DNA from: Thecamonas trahens ATCC 50062
Taxonomy: Eukaryota; Protista; Apusomonadida
DNA: 64,000 bases
Assembly: GCF_000142905.1 (NCBI RefSeq)
Contig: NW_013657642.1
Coordinates: forward strand, 66,135 to 130,134
Reading direction: 5' to 3'
Both the position numbers and the translations under genes were made by a program. Shown one piece after another: positions 1-11,769 of this stretch; the stretch's first letter is position 1; every line of letters begins with the position of its first letter. The notes under the pieces are model-generated. The model made no database searches. It had not been told where the DNA came from and saw only the letters and a list, made by a program, of their open reading frames with translations.

Positions 1-265
1 GCGGCCCGAGTTCCTCGACGCCACCCTCGCCGGCTCAGCAGGCTCGCTCAACGCGCCCATGCCTGGCAAGATCCTGCAGGTCCTCGTCAAGCCCGGCGAC
101 GCTGTCGTTGCCGACCAGCCGCTCGTCGTCATGGAGGCCATGAAGATGGAGCACACCATCTGCGCCACCCGCGACGGCGTAGTCTCGGCTGTCTCGTTCT
201 CGCCGAACGACATTGTCGACAAGGACGCCATCCTTGTCGAGCTCGAGGCCGAGGATGAGGAGTAA
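1..265 (+). CDS. C-terminal biotin-carboxyl-carrier domain of a biotin-dependent carboxylase alpha subunit (MCC/PCC-like), 5' partial
   Basis: APMPGKI...EAMKMEH biotinylation motif; frame enters from the window edge and ends at TAA 263-265. Confidence 0.9.
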   Translation, partial: RPEFLDATLAGSAGSLNAPMPGKILQVLVKPGDAVVADQPLVVMEAMKMEHTICATRDGVVSAVSFSPNDIVDKDAILVELEAEDEE

Positions 266-281
266 ATGCGCCTCCCGCCAC

Positions 282-1274
282 TCACTCGAGCCCGCCAGTG
301 TCAATCAGCCAAGGCTCGTGGTCAAAGTCAAGCCCGAGCACGTCGCGGAGCTGGACGTGGATGCGGTAGGTGGTGACCAGATCAAGCGGGCCGTCCACCA
401 CAAACGCAAACGTGCCGGTTGCCGCCACAAAGTACCCATGTCCGTCCACAACGTATGTCGTGTCACCAAGCGAGACCACGCTCCATAGCGCCGTAAAGAT
501 CCACGGCACTGACTCGATGCCCGCCGCCAGCAGCTCCACCACCACCTCCATCGCCAGCGAGAACTGAAAGACAGCATGCTTCCGTGGAAAGTTGAGCGCA
601 AACTTGATCGGTGCGAGCGCAGCCATCGGCGCCTGCAGCATGTGCAGCCGCCACGGATCGTCTGCCGCCCACGGAAGCGGTGCCATTCCGTCACGAAAGC
701 CTCGCATTGCCGCCGGCAGGCTCTCTACGCTGTACAGCTGCGCTGTCGCTAGCTCGTCTCTGCTGTTCCCAAACCCGAGCCGCATCTTGGCCATCACCAC
801 AGCGTCGGGCACCACGCCTGCCCGCCAAAGCGATGCCGTCGGATGCAGCAGCCCCCACCCAAGCACCATTCCGCCCAGCTCGAGCCGCATCTCTTCGGCC
901 GGCCAGCCGAGCGCTTCGGCCACCACCTCGCGAGCATCGGCGATGGCAGCCGAGAGTGGGAGGACGACCACAACAGTCGTGCTTGGCGCCGAGATCACAA
1001 TCTCGACGGGGCGCCTTGTCAGGAACGAGTCAAGCGCCATGATCATCCCTCGCCAGTCGGTATCCGCCACTCGTCCACCTTCAGGTGGCGCATGGATGGG
1101 CGCAATGGCGGTGTGTGCCAGGCGGATGCGGTAGATGCGGCGAAGAAGGAACGGATCGCGTGCTATGGAAGCCAGCCGGGTGCAGGTACATGCCACAGCC
1201 GCCAGGGAGGCTGGCGATGACACACCGAGTTGGACGAGGATGTGGTGGACGAGTTCTGTTGGAAGGCTCTCCAT
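282..1274 (-). CDS. F-box protein with an internal ubiquitin-like domain
   Basis: N-terminal LPTELVHHIL...LAAVACTCTRLASIARDPFL (F-box); VEIVISAP...IADAREVVAEALGWPAEEMRLELGGMVL...SLWRAGV (UBL pattern). Confidence 0.75.
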   Translation of the reverse strand: MESLPTELVHHILVQLGVSSPASLAAVACTCTRLASIARDPFLLRRIYRIRLAHTAIAPIHAPPEGGRVADTDWRGMIMALDSFLTRRPVEIVISAPSTTVVVVLPLSAAIADAREVVAEALGWPAEEMRLELGGMVLGWGLLHPTASLWRAGVVPDAVVMAKMRLGFGNSRDELATAQLYSVESLPAAMRGFRDGMAPLPWAADDPWRLHMLQAPMAALAPIKFALNFPRKHAVFQFSLAMEVVVELLAAGIESVPWIFTALWSVVSLGDTTYVVDGHGYFVAATGTFAFVVDGPLDLVTTYRIHVQLRDVLGLDFDHEPWLIDTGGLE

Positions 1275-1466
1275 GTAGAAAGATGGTGCCGCAGTTGGGC
1301 GGGGTGCGGTGCTGCTTGCCTGCGGCCTCGCCCACCTGGCGGCTGCCGGCTGCTGTCGGCTGCCCGGTCGATGGTGCGAGTCATCGCCAGATCCAAGGCG
1401 GGAGCGCTATGCTGATGGTAGAGATGGTGATGTTGTTAATGATGAAAGTAGAGAGGACAATCGCTG

Positions 1467-4453
1467 CTACTTTGCGGCGGCGCTCGAGCCGAGGCCGAGT
1501 CCTCGGCGGAGGAGGGCGACGTTAACGACGGCGAGAATGCCGGTGACCAAGAACATAGCAAGGCTGAAGACGACGATGCGAGCCACTGCGCTGCCGCGCT
1601 TGTGGTTGGGTACACAAAAGCCCAGCGGGCTGCCGATTGCGCTGCAAATAGCCACGACTGCCATCGAGGCGATCGGCGCAGCGAGCTCCCGAACCGGGAG
1701 CGGGCGCGCGGAGAGCAGGGTTGTGCCTCCGAGCGTGGTGCCGAGCGTAAGCCCGCACATGGCAGCCACAGATGCGGTCACCGTGACGAGCGAGCTATGG
1801 CAGACCGCCTCAGAGTCAAACCTGGTGAGGCAATCGGTGCATCCGGCCACCTTGGCCTCGGTCGCCGCCCAGTATGTCGTGATGACGGCGAGGATGCAGC
1901 CTACCGCAAACGCCGCGACCTTCCGAGCCCATCCCGTGCGTCCAAAGCCCATCAGCTCGCGCGACACGTTGGTAACACTTTCAAGATCCGTTGAAGCCAG
2001 CCACGTCGAGAGGGCGATGAGATTGCCCGAGACAAGTAGACCAGCGACGTACGCCGGAGTTGGAAGGAGAAGGAGCGAGCCGCTGGCACCAAAGAAGACT
2101 AGAGGCGCAAGGACAAACGGGAGGAGTGCGAGCCAGTGCTGGAGAACCACATCGAGGAAGACGTAGAAAAGACGGGCTCGGACAATGGCCGGTGCCACCG
2201 TTGCGAGCACAGGCTGCGTCAGCGAGACAGAGTCAATGTGAGTCGAGTTCTCTGGGTTGTTGGACATCAGCAGCTGGCCGCGATCAAAGGCGCGGCCGTC
2301 GTCGCCATCAAACACCAGGCAGCCGACGGTCTCGCCCCGGGACTCGAGACCCAAAATGAGCTCACGGCCAGCGCGCGTATTGCCGTGGGCAAGGTTGCGC
2401 TTGGCGAGCCCGACTTCGTTTGCCCCGGAGCGGAGCTGCCGCTCGGGAACATCCCAGCCAAAGACAGCGATGTCAACGCCAGCCTCGCGGATGTCGCGGA
2501 TGCTGTCGCAGATGCTGCTGCGGGCGTGCGGGACAACGTGCCAGCCATCAAGCGCGACAAAGCCGACGAGCGCAAATCGAGTGTGGCTGAGCTCGGAGGA
2601 TGCGATTGATCCGTCCTTAGCAACACTACTTGGCACCGCGGCAACAGCGATAGCCCAAACCTTGCGGCCACTCGCCTCTGCGGCTCGTGCTGCTGTTCCA
2701 GCGGACTGCCTAGCGGCGCTGGTGTGTCTGATGACAGCATCCGGTGCTCCGAGCAGGACCAGGTACGTCCCGCGATTTGGCTTGCCAAACAACGCCGAGA
2801 CTTCAGCCGACGGGCCGACGGCAAAGTCGGGAAAAGCCGCCAAATACGAGCCGGAGAACGACGCATCGGTCGCCTGTAGGTGGGCAGCTGCCGCCACCGC
2901 GCCGGCGTCGAACGCAGTGCGCTGCTCGACGCTGCGCATCCACGACAACGAGACGGGCTCCACATCCATGTCGCTCATGTGACTCCCTGCCAGTGAGGCC
3001 AGGAGCCTAAACAACACATCTTGCCCAGGCGTCAGCTCCTCATCCGACGACGACGACGAGCCGCACTCGGTGATCTCAATCCAGGAAGGCCGCTGCTACT
3101 TTCCTCTGCCGATGCCGCCGCCGCCAGCTCCTCCGAGTAGGCCCTTGATGACGAGTTCGTCGAGCATCCATCCAAGAGCTCGGTGGAGTAGTAGCTAGCG
3201 GTATCGTCAGCGGCTGCAAGACGGGTCAGCAGGTCATGAGCCGATGGCCGCGGGCGAGTCAGCTCATCGCGCACTGCACGTTCAAACTCGAGATCGACAG
3301 CAAAGGCAGTAACGTCGGTGCCCTCCTCGCCGAGGTGCCGGTGTGACATGACAAGCGTGGTCATCGAAGCCAGTGAGCCAAGCGTATCACGCTCGAGATG
3401 GCGACAGGCGACCATGTTCTTGCGGTTGAGGAAGGTCAAGACCGTTCGCGCGTAGCCAATGTCGCACAAGATGGTAAACGAGGTCGAGGCGATGATGGCA
3501 AGCGCGATAGCCACCGTGATGGCCACCAGCTCGGCGACACGGCTCGATCCAGCTGACGCCTCGTCTGCTGCGCGGATGGCGGCGACAACGACGCCAACAA
3601 AGCATATGAGGACGCAAAGTGCAAACCATGACTTGACAGGCCGGTGTGTACCGGGCGGGAGACGCGACTGTGGCGCGCCATCGTTGCTCGACGCCGCATA
3701 GCTGCCCTCGTCCAGCAGCATCCGCAGTTGCGCCGGCACCTTGCCACCGTGGGCAAGGACAACCCCGGTCCCACCGCCGGCCAAAACAGCGGTGCCCGGA
3801 AGGAGCACATTAGAGACGCTCGTCCCGAGATCGGGGCAGATGATGGTAGAGCCTGTGTCGACCTTGAACTCGCGGCTTGCGCCGGCGAGCCGGACTGCGG
3901 CTCGGATGAAGGTGCCTTGCTCGAGCGCGATGATGTCGCCGGGCACGAGGTCCTTGACCTCGACGGCGCAGCGTTTGCTGTTGCGCGTCGCAAAAGTCAT
4001 AGCGTGGCCATCAACAACAGTTACTTGCAATTCATCCACCCCGCGGGCCTGTACGAGCCCGTAGCCGATGCGCCCGAGCTTCAACAGGATGTGGAGAGCG
4101 AGGAGAACAGCGAGAGCGATGGCGGACTCGGCACCGCCATCTGCAAGCAAGAGCCATGCGATGGTAGCAAGAAGCACAAGTATAGACGCGAGCGGGAGCT
4201 GGCGGATGAGCCCGGGGACGGTCGGCATCGAGTTGAACACGCTGGCCACAATTCTGTTCTTCCATTGGCAACAGGCGCCACCGCCGGAGATCTGGCCGTC
4301 AACGGTCGAGCCCGTGACACTGCTGGCCCCAGCCTCGGCAGCACGGCGAGCAACCTGAGATGACGAGAGTCCATGCTCAATGTTGGTCTTGAGCGAAGCC
4401 ACAACCTCCTCGAGTGGGCGAAGAGCTCCTCGGCTCTTTGCGCGCTTTCCCAA
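1467..4453 (-). CDS. Degenerate P-type (P2-like) ATPase homolog split over two ORFs by a frame break near 3085-3100
   Basis: LEEVVASLKTNIEHGLSSSQVARR (cation-ATPase N-terminus), KDLVPGDII (A domain), LLGAPD, LVGFVAL...IRDIREAGVDIAVFGWD, RGETVGCLVFDGDD, C-terminal TM helices. Second frame is open from 3095 to 1467. True start probably lies in an upstream exon (possible acceptor AG at 4460-4461). Confidence 0.7.
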
Positions 4454-4722
4454 GGCGAGCTACGCGCGGTCGTCTCTCCGGTGCAACTACTGCGGAACTA
4501 CCGCTGACCATTCGTTTTAGGCACGAAGGAACACGCGTGGGTTTGCCGCCGGCATGGGTTGCGGGGGTTGGACGCGTGCAGTCACCTTCGATGAAGTGCC
4601 CGTTTCGATGGAAGCGCGGAGGGGCGGGCTCTGTCTTCTGCCCGACGTCTCGCGACCGGGGCACCAGCATCGAGGGGCTAGGCGCGAGCGATAAGGGTGG
4701 CAACGCAAGCCAAACTCGACCA

Positions 4723-5799
4723 CTACTCGGCCTTGGGCTTGGAGCCGCCAAACCACCGGGCCTTTAGGGCGGCCAAGTACGAGAGGCCGCCTGGCTGGTG
4801 GGTGGCGATGAGGGCGCGGAGCTGGTCCTTGGTGACGGCAACCGTGTCGTCGACAGATCGGTCGGGATCGTGGACGATGGGCTCGCCGACGTGGATGGTT
4901 GCCTTGACCGGGAGCGGGATGGAGATCCATGCGCTGATGAACCAGGCAATGACTCCCACAGTGCGGACCGGATGCTTGAGGGCCGGAATGGCAAGGAGCT
5001 TGTGGTAGAGGACGCCGCCGCCGAGCTTGGACCAGAGCCAGAAGAGCGGAACAAACTTCATCTCCTCAGAGTTGGAGGTCACGACCGGAACGATGTCTGC
5101 GCCTGCGGCAGCGGCGACGCGTGCAAAGCCCTTGCGGCTCTCGGGCCATTGAACCGTGTAGGCGGCGTCGTAGCCGGCCATGGCCTCGTCGGCGCCGCCC
5201 GGAATGACAGCCACCCAGTAGCCTGCGCGGAGAAGGTTGACCGCGGTGGCGCGGTAGCCCGGGACCGAGCCGACAAAGCGGATCCACGGCTGCGATGTGG
5301 CGAGCTTGCGGTGGATGAGCGAGCGGGCCGTCCGCCCGGTCTCGTCCTGCACGATGAAGATGCAGGCGAGGATGTCGTGGTTGTGCGAGGTGTGGAGGCC
5401 GACAAATAGGTATGGCTTGTCGCGCGAGACCTTGGAGAGACCCTCCACTGAGAGGCCCCAGAACCAGCGCGCAAATGGCAGGTTGAGCGCCTTGGCGAGC
5501 TTGAAGATCCAGCTCTGCGAGATGACCTCGTCCGGGAGGAACGAGATCGACTCATCGCCCTCGCCACGCGCTGTCTCCATCGGCGCCGTCTTGCCCACGT
5601 TGGCCAATTCAGAAACCGGTGCCTCGGCAACCAGCCCAAAGCCCTTTGTCTTGCGAATGATCCACGTCAGTGCCGCGCCTCCCACCATCGACGCCACCGC
5701 CAGCACTGCTGCCCCAGCCACGATCCATCCTGCCCACGTCACCGCCGTCCATGCCGCCGATGCCACCGCCACGAGAAAAGCCCAAGCAGCCTCGATCAT
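4723..5799 (-). CDS. DGAT2/TMEM68-like acyltransferase (LPLAT superfamily)
   Basis: N-terminal TM; YLFVGLH...D, VIPGGADEAM, YTVQWPESRKGFARVA...DIVPV, IHVGEPI. Confidence 0.8.
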   Translation of the reverse strand: MIEAAWAFLVAVASAAWTAVTWAGWIVAGAAVLAVASMVGGAALTWIIRKTKGFGLVAEAPVSELANVGKTAPMETARGEGDESISFLPDEVISQSWIFKLAKALNLPFARWFWGLSVEGLSKVSRDKPYLFVGLHTSHNHDILACIFIVQDETGRTARSLIHRKLATSQPWIRFVGSVPGYRATAVNLLRAGYWVAVIPGGADEAMAGYDAAYTVQWPESRKGFARVAAAAGADIVPVVTSNSEEMKFVPLFWLWSKLGGGVLYHKLLAIPALKHPVRTVGVIAWFISAWISIPLPVKATIHVGEPIVHDPDRSVDDTVAVTKDQLRALIATHQPGGLSYLAALKARWFGGSKPKAE

Positions 5800-6579
5800 C
5801 CCCACCAGAGAGTGTGGAGATTGTGGAGTAGAGGTGGTGGGGGGGGAGTTGGTAGAGTGGGTTGAGTGGGTGGCTGGTAGGGTGCGACAGCGGAGCTGGG
5901 GAGGGCGGTAAGGTAGAGTCGGTGCGGTGGGGTTGGGCCGAGTACCACATCAAGGCGGACACACAGCACACTACCACCACCAACATGACCACAACCTGCC
6001 CCGACAACAAGACATCAATCTTTCCTGATCAAGCCTTCCATTCGCCCTACAACAACAACATGACAAGCCATCTATCTTTCTGATCAAGTGATCAAGCCAT
6101 CCATACCCCCCCTCACCCCCGCTCACCCTCCCTCACCCTCCCCCCCCCCATCTGCCACCTCTGACGTCTTCAACCTCCTCTGGTTCGCTGAAGGTGGCCC
6201 CGATTCCAGCAGTGTTCCGGCTACAGCATTTGATTGAGTTGCACTACGTGTGTACGCAGCGGTGTCGTTCGTTGTGGGTGAAACAGAGATGCCTGTGCTG
6301 CAAGCAGGTGGGCGTGGTCAATGTGCAATCCCCAGGTCGTTTCTCGCACCACCACCATCCCCCCCCCCCCCCCCCCTCCTGTTCTGCCATTGTTCCCCTT
6401 CCCCTCCACCTCTCCCAGTTTTTTCTCCCCCTGTCCCTGTCCCCACTTGTTCCGCACTCGCTGCAGTACGCCCCTCCCCCTCCCCCCTCCCCCCTCCTCC
6501 CGCTCCTCCCTTCTCCCTTCTCCCTTCTCCCTTCCCCTCCACTAACCCACCCACCCACCCCCTCCCATGGCTGTAGAGT

Positions 6580-9500
6580 ATGGGGTTCAACCTGGGCAAC
6601 GAGGCCATTGCCGACCAGTCAGGCTCCTTCTCCAACTGGTCCTTCTTTGAGCTGTATCTCGAGTTTGGCTTTGTGGCTACTTTGTTTGGTGCGGCTGGCC
6701 TCCTGATTCTGCACTATGGTCTGCGGTACAAGGTGACCCGCATCAAGTCCTTCCTCGCTATGGCTCTACTTCGGGATGATTGGTGGTTTGACAAGTTTGC
6801 CACTCTCTTTGCTGCCATTGTTGCTCTCGTCTACATCGGCGTGCCTGTGGCTGGCATGGTGGCTTGGGGCCTGGCTGCCGCAATCGAGCTTGATCCGTCC
6901 ATTGTTGGCGTCACCGTCATCCTCCTCTCTCTTGCTCTTGCTTCCGGCTGGTATGGGTTTGGTCTCTGGCGCGCTTCGGGCTGGCGACTGACCTACCCGT
7001 CTGGCATTGCTGTCGGCGTCTGCGTCGCCATGATCATGGCCTTTCAGCTTGGCGTCATCACCGCCACCGAGCCGTTCTCGTACATTGGCTTTTCTGCTGT
7101 CTTCCTCTCGGTCAACGCTGTGCCCATGGTCATCATTCTCTACCTCAACATGCCCGGGACGTACATCCACTTTGAGACCTTTGTCGACGCAGTGGTCAAG
7201 GGCGCCGCCTCGGATGAGGCGGCGCCCAAGAAGCGGTGCTTTGGCTGCTGCGGCCCGCGGCTGAGCCAGAACCAGGTCCGCTCGTTTGCCCTCTACTTTG
7301 TGGCGCAGGGTATGCTCTGTGCGTACGCCATTCTCGTCCTCACTCTCATCGACGACTCGACGGTCAAGTACGTCGGCTTTGCCAACTGGGGAGCTCTCCT
7401 CATCATCGACATCATTCTGTTCATGTACTACTACGCCGGCTTTTTCCGCTCCGCGCTCCGCGCCTCGCTCTTCTTCATTGCCGTCCGCGGCATCATCATC
7501 GGCTTTGGCGCGCGGTACTGGTTCATCGCCCACTCGGTTGTCTTTGTCCTTGTCGCCCTCTTCCTCGGCATCTCCTGGGTCCTCGATCACTACCCGGCCC
7601 GCAAGTCGTCGGGCTCGGCCGTCGTCGCGCACGAGTCGCTCGCCCGCGTTGTCCTCGACAACCTGCCCGCTCCCGACTTTCTCTCGCTCGACGTCCCGTC
7701 CGACATCAACTCGTCCGACTTTGGCTCGTCCGATCTCGGCGGCGGCATGGTCCGCGACGCGAGCGAGAGCTCGTCGGGCGCCGGCTACGACACCGAGTAC
7801 GAGGACGACGAGTACGACGCTGACGACGATGAGTACGACGCTGACGAGTACGACGCCGAGTACTCGGAGGAGCAGGAGGAGGCAAAGGCCAAGGCGCCAT
7901 CCACCTACTCATCGGACAACACCTACGAGACGTACGACGCCGAGTATTCGAGCTCGTCCTACGGGTATTCGGCCGCTCCTGCAACTGGCTGCTGCCGGTC
8001 GAGCCGCTGCCAGGACATGTCGTGGCGAAACCTCATCCTCACCCGGCCGTTCCTCATGTTCATGATGTCTGTGGCGTTTGTGGCCGAGGTTGTGTTTGTG
8101 GCCAAGAAAGAGGAAGCGACGCGCGACATGAAGTTCCTCGACAAGCGCCGCGAGCAGTATCTGTTTGGCATCGGCTCGATTGTCATGTCGCTTGTCCTCC
8201 CGCTCGCCTTTCTCACCTACCGGCTCTTCCAGCGAGCCAAGTTTTTCATGACGCCGTCGGTTGCTGCCGCCGCCTTTGCCACCGAGTTTGTGGTTGTCGG
8301 CAACGGTGTGTTCTTCTACTACACCACCGATTCGATTGTTGTCCTCGGCTTCCACATCTTCACCCCGCTCATCATCATCTTTGCCGCGCTCACCATGGTC
8401 CAGTGGATCCGCAACGACTACTTTTTCCTCTCGTCGTCTGACGACCGCGAGGCCGCCGGCGACGACGCGCTGTGGTTCTGGCTCCTCCCGCGCGACTGGC
8501 TCATGATCTTTGGCACTCTCGCCACGCTCCTCATGATTCTGGGCCTCTCACTGGTGGTTGCCCTCGGGCTTGACGCCCAGATCACCGGGTGGACCATTGG
8601 CCTTGTCATCTTTGTCCCGCTCTGCACCTTTATCTCGATCAAGGAGTGGTTCAACACCTTTACCTTTTCGTGGACCAACGGCGTCTCGGTTGTGCTTCAG
8701 ATTGCGGCGCTCCTCGGCTATGCGCTCGGCGTCTTTACCACCACCCTCGACTCCAAGGTCGACGAGCGGTCGCTTGCGCTCCTCTTCCTCGTGCTTGTCT
8801 ACCCGACGCTTGTGCTCCTTGTGGTGGGTGTGTGGAAGTGGCATGACGACAAGTGGCAGTTCCGCCTGCGGAGCCAGTCGGGCGCCTTTATTGCCATCTC
8901 GCTCATCAGCTCGTTCCTGCTCATGGTCGGCTTTGGCGTGGTCGTCATGCTGGTGTACAAGCCGTTTTGGGCTGGCCTTGGCGTCCTTGTCGTCGTGGGC
9001 ATCTTCTACGCCCTCGTCTGGGTCGGCATCTCGTTTGTCCGCAACTCGTACTACCTCACCCGGCCGTACCGGTTGGCTGTGAGCGTGGTTCTCTGCGGCG
9101 CGGTTGCGCTGGGCCTCGGCGTTGCCTTCACCGAGGCGGGCTTCCTCGGCTTTTGCATCTCCTGGGGCTCCATTTTTGTCATGCTCGTACTTGTTGCGGT
9201 CCAGGACTGGTTCAACGCCCGCAACACCCCGCGCCAGTTCTCCAAGTTTATTTTCCCGGTCTACAAGCTCGACGTCGAGACAGGCCGGCTGACCTCGGCG
9301 TCCAAAGGCGTGTACTGCGCGTACGGTGCGCTGGTTGTTGCTGCCCTCTGGGGCGTTGCGGCCGCTCTCTTCTTCCCGCCGCCTTGGGTCGGCCTTCTCG
9401 TCACCGCCGCCGCCGTCACCTTTTTCATTCTCCTCACCGTTCATCTGCTGTGGGATCCGCCGGCCACGTTTGGTGCCCAGCTCCGATTCATCTCGGCCGA

Positions 9501-11717
9501 CACGCTGGAGGCTGCCCGCTCCAAGGCCAAGGGCCTCGAGTTGGTCGACACTGTTGGCGAAGCTGACCGCGGAAGTGCTTCCAGCAGCTCTGGTGGCGGC
9601 GACGACGAGTACGACGAGTACAATGACGACGACGACGACGACGACGAGAATGACGGCGAGGAGTACGGCTCGTACGATGAGGAGCAAGAGGCGCGCTACG
9701 GCACCTCGTCCGAGACGTACGACGAGTCAAGCCCGTCGAGCGGCTACCGATACGACGCCGAGTCAGCGACGGTGACGATGGACGCGGCAGGGCGCTTCCT
9801 GCGCGCTGACGGCAGCGCGGCGAGCTGGCGCGAGATTGTGGCCGAGCGGCGCGAGTTTGAGGCCAACGAGCTCGGCTCGCGCGACTCGTACCTTGAGTTG
9901 CTCCGGTACGACGCGGCGATCAAGGCAGCGTTCAAGTCTGAGCTGCGGTTTGTGGCGCACATGCAGCAGCTGACGCTGGTGCTTGCGCAGGCAGAGCGGA
10001 CCAAGGAGGAGGCTATCATCTCGGCCATGATCAAGGAGACCGACGAGTACAACGACCCCGAGTACCCGCTCACCGCCAGCGCGATCGAGCGGTGGGGTGA
10101 CGACGAGTGGGCCGAGTTCCAGGAGCGGCTGACGGCGTACCTGGCCAAGCTTGAGATGCGGCGGCGGCGCGATGACGACCGGCGCAAGGAGGACTCGGAG
10201 GCGCAGAAGAAGCGCGACGAGGCGCGGCGCAAGATGCAGCGCGAGCTCGAGAAGAAGCGGCGGAAGGGCAAGGACGACGACGAGTACTCGGAGCTCGGCG
10301 CTGACGTTGGCCTCTCGTTTGACCCGCGGACAGCGCCGGTCATCGGCTCGTCGCCGGCCAAGCTGATCAAGAAGGCCAGGCGAGCGGGCGAGCCGTGGTC
10401 AGACGATGACTTCCCAGCCGACGACTCGGTGCTGTTCAAGTCCAAGACCAAGTGCGCCGGGTGGATGCGGCCTGAGGAGATCTACGAGGCGCGCAACGGC
10501 GACGAGCCGGGCGACGGCGAGATCGAGGTCTTCCAGGCCGACGGCATCAAGCCATCGGACATCCGGCAGGGCTCACTCGGCGACTGCTGGCTTCTCTCGG
10601 CTTTTGCCATTGTTGCGCAGTACCCGGAGCGGGTGCAGGAGATTTTCGAGACGGACGAGCCGAACGAGGAGGGCGTGTATGGGGTCAAGCTGTGGGCTGG
10701 CGGCAAGTGGACGCGGGTCATTGTCGACTCACGCTGCCGGTCATGGCCAACAGCAAGCCGCTGTACGCGCACACCGGCGACGGCGATGCGGCGGAGCTTT
10801 GGGTCATGATTCTCGAGAAGGCGTTTGCCAAGATGTACGGCTCGTACAAGGCGCTCAACGGCGGACTCGTTCACATGGGCCTCGTCGACATGACGGGCGG
10901 CCAGTCGGAAATGGTCGAGTTCCGCAAGGAGGAGAACGAGGCCGACGTGCGGTCCGGCAAGGTGTGGAAGAAGATGCTCAAGTACCGCAAGGCCAAGTAC
11001 CTCATGGGCTGCGGCTCCAATGCAGGCAAGGATACGCAGACGTCCAAGAACAACATTGTCCAGGGCCACGCCTTTGCCATCCTCGATGTGGTCGAGGTCG
11101 ACGGCCACCGGCTCATCAAGCTCCGCAACCCGTGGGGCAAGGTCGAGTGGACCGGCGACTGGAGCGACAAGTCGCCGCTGTGGACCCGCCGGCTCAAGGC
11201 CAAGCTCGGGTGGGTCGATGCCGACGACGGCGAGTTCTGGATCTGCTACGACGACTTTGTCCGCGAGTTCCGCAACCTCTACGTTTGCCGCCTCTTCCCC
11301 GACTCGTGGCATGCCACCGGCATCGCCTCGCAGTGGGACGCAGAGACCGCTGGTGGGTGCGTCAACTACGACACGTGCAAGGACAATCCGCAGTTCCTCC
11401 TCAAGGTCTCGGTCCCCACCGAGGCCTTTGTTACCCTCGCCAAGGACATGCTCAACAACGAGGTCGAGCACATTGCGTTCTCCATCTACCACACCAAGGA
11501 CGCATCGTCCAAGATCGACCCGCAGTACGCCCGCTCGGGCGACCGTGTCGCCACCTCGGGCAAGCTCTCGTCCCTGCGCGAGGTCTCGTGCGAGACCAAG
11601 CTCGCTCCGGGCAAGTACATCATCGTGCCCACCACTTACAAGCCCGGCCAGCTCGGCCGGTTCGTCATCGCCATCCACTCGAACAAGGCGCTTAAGCTGA
11701 CCGAGATTGAGGCGTAG
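6580..11717 (+). CDS. DEK1-like multi-pass transmembrane calpain (TM region, charged linker, CysPc, C2-like domain III); 1-nt frameshift at about 10734
   Basis: About 20 or more hydrophobic helices; catalytic QGSLGDCWLLSA, QGHAFAI, LRNPWG; domain III W...TAGGC.N...NPQF...REVS...PGKYIIVPTT. Upstream intron 6466-6576 (GTACG...ACTAAC...TAG) implies more 5' exons, with a possible ATG at 6289. Confidence 0.9.
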
Positions 11718-11769
11718 TGGCAATGAACACAGTTTTGAACCCTATGAAAGGCTACCTTGTGGGCGTCGT

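Noticed and set aside
10720-10745. Programmed ribosomal frameshift in the calpain
   Set aside because: No slippery heptamer; a single-base sequencing deletion is simpler
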